In this document: positions 58,716-64,000 of the stretch, in pieces
How positions within the stretch are numbered: the stretch's first letter is position 1
How the letters are laid out: each line of letters opens with the position of its first letter
Source of the DNA: the human T2T-CHM13v2.0 reference genome, Homo sapiens
Length of the DNA: 64,000 nt
Reading direction: 5' to 3' (one strand)
NCBI RefSeq assembly: GCF_009914755.1
Contig: NC_060932.1
The notes under the pieces: generated by a model
The model's input: the letters and a program-made list of their open reading frames with translations, nothing else
Told to the model about the DNA's origin: nothing
Databases searched by the model: none
Made by a program: the position numbers and the translations under genes

Positions 58716-59957
58716 TAACACCATGTGAGTGACAAGATTCCAAAAAAATCATTTTTTCTCTGTTTCAGAATTTCCTGAAAATGTATTTTTTAAGTGTATA
58801 AGAGTGTACAAGCAAATATCATCAGACAGACTTAACTCCAAAGCATGCATTTCCTCTTAAATGTGAACAGCCTGTGCTCCAAAGAACAAGAAACAGATAA
58901 ATTTCTGGCACTATTTAAATTTATTCAAAATATGAGCTTTTATTGTTCAGAGTAAAATCACTTTGTGTTGATTTAAGCAAAATTGTAAAACAAGTTTACT
59001 AAATAAATTGAGTGTGGACCTTATAGAGATAGTAACTCAATACAATATCATTCAAGTGTCCCTTAGAAATGATAGCTAAGATGAATGAGTATAGAAATGA
59101 TAAAATAAAATTTAGATGCCTGTACATGGCTCTGTGGACTACCAGTAGAGATCACAAGGTACCAACTCATGGAGTTGAGGACAAGTTGAGGAGTCCTTCA
59201 CTCTTTCTGAACTTCTCAGAATGTCATACTAGGTTCCAGGTGCAGTTTGAACCACAGTGGTAAGGAGTTCTCAAATGAAGACTACACTACAGGAATATTG
59301 TCCCAGTTCTATTTTCTCATTTATGGGTTAAGTATGATAATGACTTTGTAAGCAGAACTTTGAAAGCAAGGGTATAGATCATTTTCTTACAGCCATTCCT
59401 GGAAAGCCAGCTGTTCAGTACCTAGAGTCCTTTGATCCTTAAAAATTAAAAAAGTAATAATGCAAAGTAGTAGTGACATTAATTATAGGACATGAAAAAA
59501 AGTGATTGATTACATCCAACTCTGGAAATTTGATTTCTGGTGCTGCCATTGCTTGATGCCAGGTAGGGATGGAGGGAGGAATTATTATTCACCCCGCAAT
59601 CCCACTTGAATTCTCATAGTAGATAAACCTTTGCATGATCAAGAAGCAAAATAAAATTACAAATGAAAAAATACAGCATCTCTTGTAAAAAATTCTGAAC
59701 AGATTTTCTAGAAAATAAAAAAATAAGGAGGATTCATTTACTTGTGAAATCTTAGAATGTTTCAATGCCCTAAGTGAGGTTTCCATAGCAATTCTAGGAA
59801 GCCTGATTTGGATTGTGACAGCCACAGCCACAAATTTTGCTTGTAGTATGCAGAATTTTCAGGGAGTTCGAAATGGTTTAGAAAAGTTGTAAAAAGCATC
59901 AATTGATGCCTGGTAAAAATATTTTAAAATCTTGTTTGAATGTTTTGTTATAAAAGT

Positions 59958-59990
<33 letters not shown>
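59958..59990. repeat. (TA)n(CA)n microsatellite
   Basis: Direct reading. Confidence 0.95.
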
Positions 59991-60124
59991 TTGCTTTATA
60001 TTTTTATTATTTTTATTTTATTTATAATAGTACTTAGCATGTTGTTTCACAGTTATTTAGATAAGCATTTCTATGATAGTTTATTTTTAGATTTATGGTT
60101 GCACATCACCTCTCCTGATAAAAA

Positions 60125-60295
60125 TAGCTTCTTTTTCTGCCAGGCACTGTATTAAGCAATTACAAGCATTGTCTCATTTAATTGGAACACCAACATTTAC
60201 ATTTTACAGGCCAAACCACAGAGGATTAGAGAGGTTAAGTAAATGATCCCATGTTACACAAATAATACGAGTTGGATCCCAAACCTAAAACATCA
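60125..60295 (-). mobile_element. MIR fragment
   Basis: 'tgccaggcactgtattaagca...tctcatttaat...cattttacagg...agagaggttaagtaa'. Confidence 0.6.
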
Positions 60296-60330
60296 GTTAT
60301 GGTTGATAATAATAGGAGGGTGCAATGCAT

Positions 60331-60811
60331 TGTTACAGATTGTATTGTGTCCCCACACAATGCCATGTCGAAATCTTAATCTCTAGTGCTTCAGAATGTG
60401 GTCTTATTTGGAAATAGAGTCTTTAAAGAGGTAATCAAATTGACATGAGCTCATTAGGGTGAGTTCTAATCAACATGTTGGGTGTGTTTCTCAAAAACGG
60501 GGGGATTGGACACACGAACAGATGTGTACATAAGAAAGGCAATGTGAATACATATAGAAAGAAGACAGTCTTGTGACTGGAGTGATGCATCTGTAAGCCA
60601 AGGAATGCCAAGGATTGCTGGCAAACACCAGAAGCAAGCAGGTGCAAGAAAGCATTCTCACCTAGAACCAACAGATAAAATACTGCCTTACTCACACCTT
60701 TGTATCAGATTTCTTTCAGTCTCCAGTGCTGTGACACAATAAATTATAGTTCGTTTTAAGCTACCCAGAGCTATGATGCTTTGTTATGGCAGCAATAGGA
60801 AATAAATTTAC
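60331..60811 (+). mobile_element. MLT1C-like MaLR solo LTR
   Basis: 'gaatgtggtcttatttggaaatagagtcttt', 'aagccaaggaatgccaaggattgctggcaaacaccagaagc', 'ttgttatggcagcaataggaaa'. Confidence 0.85.
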
Positions 60812-62364
60812 CTCTTTAACAAAATTACTCCAGGAATTCTAATTTTGTGATATATTTGAGAAATGCAATTTTAAAGTAAATAGATGAAAGGAATATATCT
60901 GTAAAACATGAATGCTGTCTTATCATAAAGTGCTACTTCTCTCTGAATTTTAAACGTTTTGTAGCAATGAATTTATGTACTATATATGTGTGGGTGGGTT
61001 TGTGCCTGCGTGTGTATATATCTTGGGAGATACTTTCATTTATTATATGATATTTGTTAGCTACTGGGTCAAAAGCCTTAATATTCAAACATTAATGGAG
61101 CAAGGGGAGTATTAATATCCCCTACTGAAAATTAATGAATGTCTCAAAGATTCATACCTGAAGTCATTAGAGAAAAGTACACTTGGGCAAAGTCCATAAA
61201 ATTCAGCAGAAAGGGTTATTAATAGGGAATCACCAAAGAAGCAGTTTGGCATGCTCTGTATCTTATGGATAAAAGTTTAATCTTTTTGCTAGCACTGAGA
61301 AACAACAGGTTTAGTTTGCGTTCCACCCAATAAAAAATTAAACCAATCGATAGATGTGGACAAATAAATAGGTGTAGCTCTTAAAAAAAATCTCCCCCAG
61401 TAATATTTACAAGGTTTGAAAATAAACCTCCTAGATTTTTATCCTTGATCAAATCACATGATCAGAAAAACTTAAACCTGTACAGTGTTGATTTATCTCA
61501 GGACAATTTGATTTTGTTGAATTGCATTGTATTGTATCAATTTATAATTAGTAATTTTAATCTATTAATCTTTATTAAATAATAATATAATAAACTTTGA
61601 AAACCCATTGTTCAATATATTGGATGGATGATGTGGAAGACATTGATCAATAGAATTTGTTTTTCTTTATATGATTTGTTCTAGATAATTTGTAGAAAAT
61701 AAATACTACGAAGAGTTGTGCTTGAGGCTAACATAACAATCTTAAATTCATGGTGTTTTGTGTATGTTTGTATCTCTCTCCTAGAAAGAGCTGTTAGAAA
61801 GTTGGTGTCACATTTGCAGAATATGTGGAATTTCAGCTCACATGAAATTGTGTACTATGCTTATTCATAATATCTTATCTTACTACTATATAATTCTTGT
61901 CTCTCCTTCCTACTTACTTGTAATTGCTATTTTTTCTATATCTCTAACTTCTTACATATTGCATTGCTGTTTTGACATATTGCATACCAGAAATTTTTAT
62001 TCAGTCTGAGATTAAGCCAGAATCCCCATATAATGACACTTGACATACTTATTTGAAGTTAATGTACTATATATTTTTATGGATATAAGCATGGTTAAAC
62101 ATCTCAAACACTGACATATTTGCAGAATTTATTTGCTAAAACTCTCAAGTATACTTGTAGCAAAAAGACAGTATTTAATACTATTATTTGGCAGCTTGAC
62201 AGACTACTTATTTTGAAGGAATTTGTCACTATAAAAAAATCTAAGAATGTTAAATACATGAGTTCATAAGTAAATAAGAATAACATCAATTAATCAAATA
62301 CAATAAGTTAAAGGAAAATCAGAGTGGTAATTATAGGCGATTTAGCTAGAGTGCTACATTATGT

Positions 62365-64000
62365 TGAATCATAATTTATATGTAAGATCCACAAATTTTA
62401 AGTTGAATTTTGAAAACTATGTACAGCCATGTAACCACCAACCCAATGTAGGCATAGAACAGTTCCTTTGAATCAGAAAGTTCCCTTCTGTCACTTTTGC
62501 ATTAATCCCCATCTCTGCTTTATTTTGTCTGTACTTTAGCACTCCCGTAAACAATATCACATAGTATTACTCTTTAGGGTCTGTTTTCTTTTGCTTAGCA
62601 TAGTGGTTTGAGATTCATATACATTGCTGCATGTGCAGTTAATTCATCCTTTTTATTTCAGAGTAGAATATCATTATATGAATATAACATGATTTGATTT
62701 ATAACATGTTATGAATATAATTTCATAAATGCCTGTTGATGGACATTTATTTTGCTTCAAATTCTATAGTATAAAGAAGGTGCTATAAACATTATTGAAG
62801 AACAATTTTGAAGATCTTTTATTTACTTATTTATTTTATTTTCATGGGTACATAATAGATATATATATATTTATGGGGTATCTGAGATATTTTGATACAA
62901 GCAGGCAAGGCAAAATCAAAACATCAGAGTAAATGATTCATGTATCACCTCAAGCATTTATAATTCCTTTGTGTTACAACATTCCAGTGATACTCTTATT
63001 TATTTTAAAATGCACACATGAATGTTGACTGTAATATCACCCTGTTGTTCTATTAGGTCATATGCCTTTTATCTAACTATATTTTTGTACCTATTAACCA
63101 TCCCCACTTTCTCCCTCCCGCATTACCTTTTGTAGCCTCTGGTTATCATTATTCCATTCTCTGTTTCTCTTTAATTTACTCATTTAGCATGCACAAATTC
63201 CAGGGTCTGAAACTACACATTCATAGGGTAGGTATATATTTAATTTAATAAAAGTGCGACAAACTGGATTCTAAAATGGTTGTAATATTTTATGGTATAC
63301 ATAGAAATGTATGAGAGTTCTAGTTTCTCCACATCCCGATCTCTCTTTTGTATTGTCAGACTTTTTAATTTCAGTGATTCTAATATATATGACACGGAAA
63401 TGTTCAACTCCATGATTACTACTGACATTCAACATTTTTTCACATGCATATTTGCTATTTGTCTATCTCCCATTGTAAAGATTATGGCCTTTTGAATTAG
63501 TCTGTTTTTATTATTGTTTAATTCTTATTTTTATCTAGATTTGACCCTTTGTCAGATACACAGTTTTCTGAACTTTATTTCAGACTTTGACAAGTCTTTA
63601 TTTCTTTAAGTGTGTCTTTTGAGGACCACATGATTTTAATTTCAATAAAGATAATTTTATTAATTTTTAAAATCACGGTTCATGTTTTCGGGACTTTGTT
63701 ACAAAAAAAATAAAAACCTTGCCTGACATAATAATAAAGATATTTTTTAAAATTCTAAGTTTTCTTCTAAAGTTTTATAGGTCTAGTTTTTAAGTAAAGA
63801 ACCATGATTGATCTTAAGATAATTTTATTATATGGTGTGAAGCATGGATCTATGTTCATTATTTCCATGTACTTATCCGGTATTTCATCATCATTTGTTG
63901 GAAATATTTTGAGCTTTGGTTTTGATTTACTTAGTGGCATTGACAAAAAATAAAAATAAAACAACTTTATGATATATTTGTAGACCATCTCTTCTGTTGC
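62365..64000 (-). mobile_element. Old L1M (MC/ME-type) 3' region with a nested L1MA 3' end (~62815-63190)
   Basis: 'catgtaaccaccaaccca', 'cctgttgatggacattt'; nested 'atttatggggtatctgagatattttgataca'. Confidence 0.7.

Noticed and set aside
58745-59265. Strong splice acceptor (ttttttctctgtttcag, ~58768) and a donor-like gtg/gtaagg (~59260)
   Set aside because: Such motifs occur by chance in AT-rich DNA; no coding frame or transcript evidence, although a lncRNA exon cannot be excluded

Overview
This is eukaryotic, not microbial, DNA: AT-rich, repeat-dense primate (very probably human) non-coding sequence. I could not support any host protein-coding exon. The window is a layered record of retrotransposons (L1, Alu, MIR, L2, MaLR/ERVL/ERV1/ERVK LTRs) and DNA transposons (Tigger1, MER5, MER58). 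Main features: (i) a ~2.1 kb old nuclear copy of mitochondrial DNA (NUMT, ~27869-29993: partial ND2, WANCY tRNA cluster with an intact OriL hairpin, partial COX1) fused directly to an L1 ORF2 fragment; (ii) a near-full-length L1PA2-type element (46784-52348) with intact ORF1, frameshifted ORF2, a perfect 17-bp TSD and a short 3' transduction; (iii) a twin-primed, 5'-inverted L1PB with nested Alu monomer and THE1; (iv) a ~5 kb ERV1 (MER51-like) internal region with a tRNA-Leu PBS; (v) several small templated fold-back or tandem duplications. I found no evidence of a new multi-gene biological system. Repeat subfamily names come from recalled consensus sequences and need RepeatMasker/Dfam confirmation, and boundaries of old repeats are approximate.
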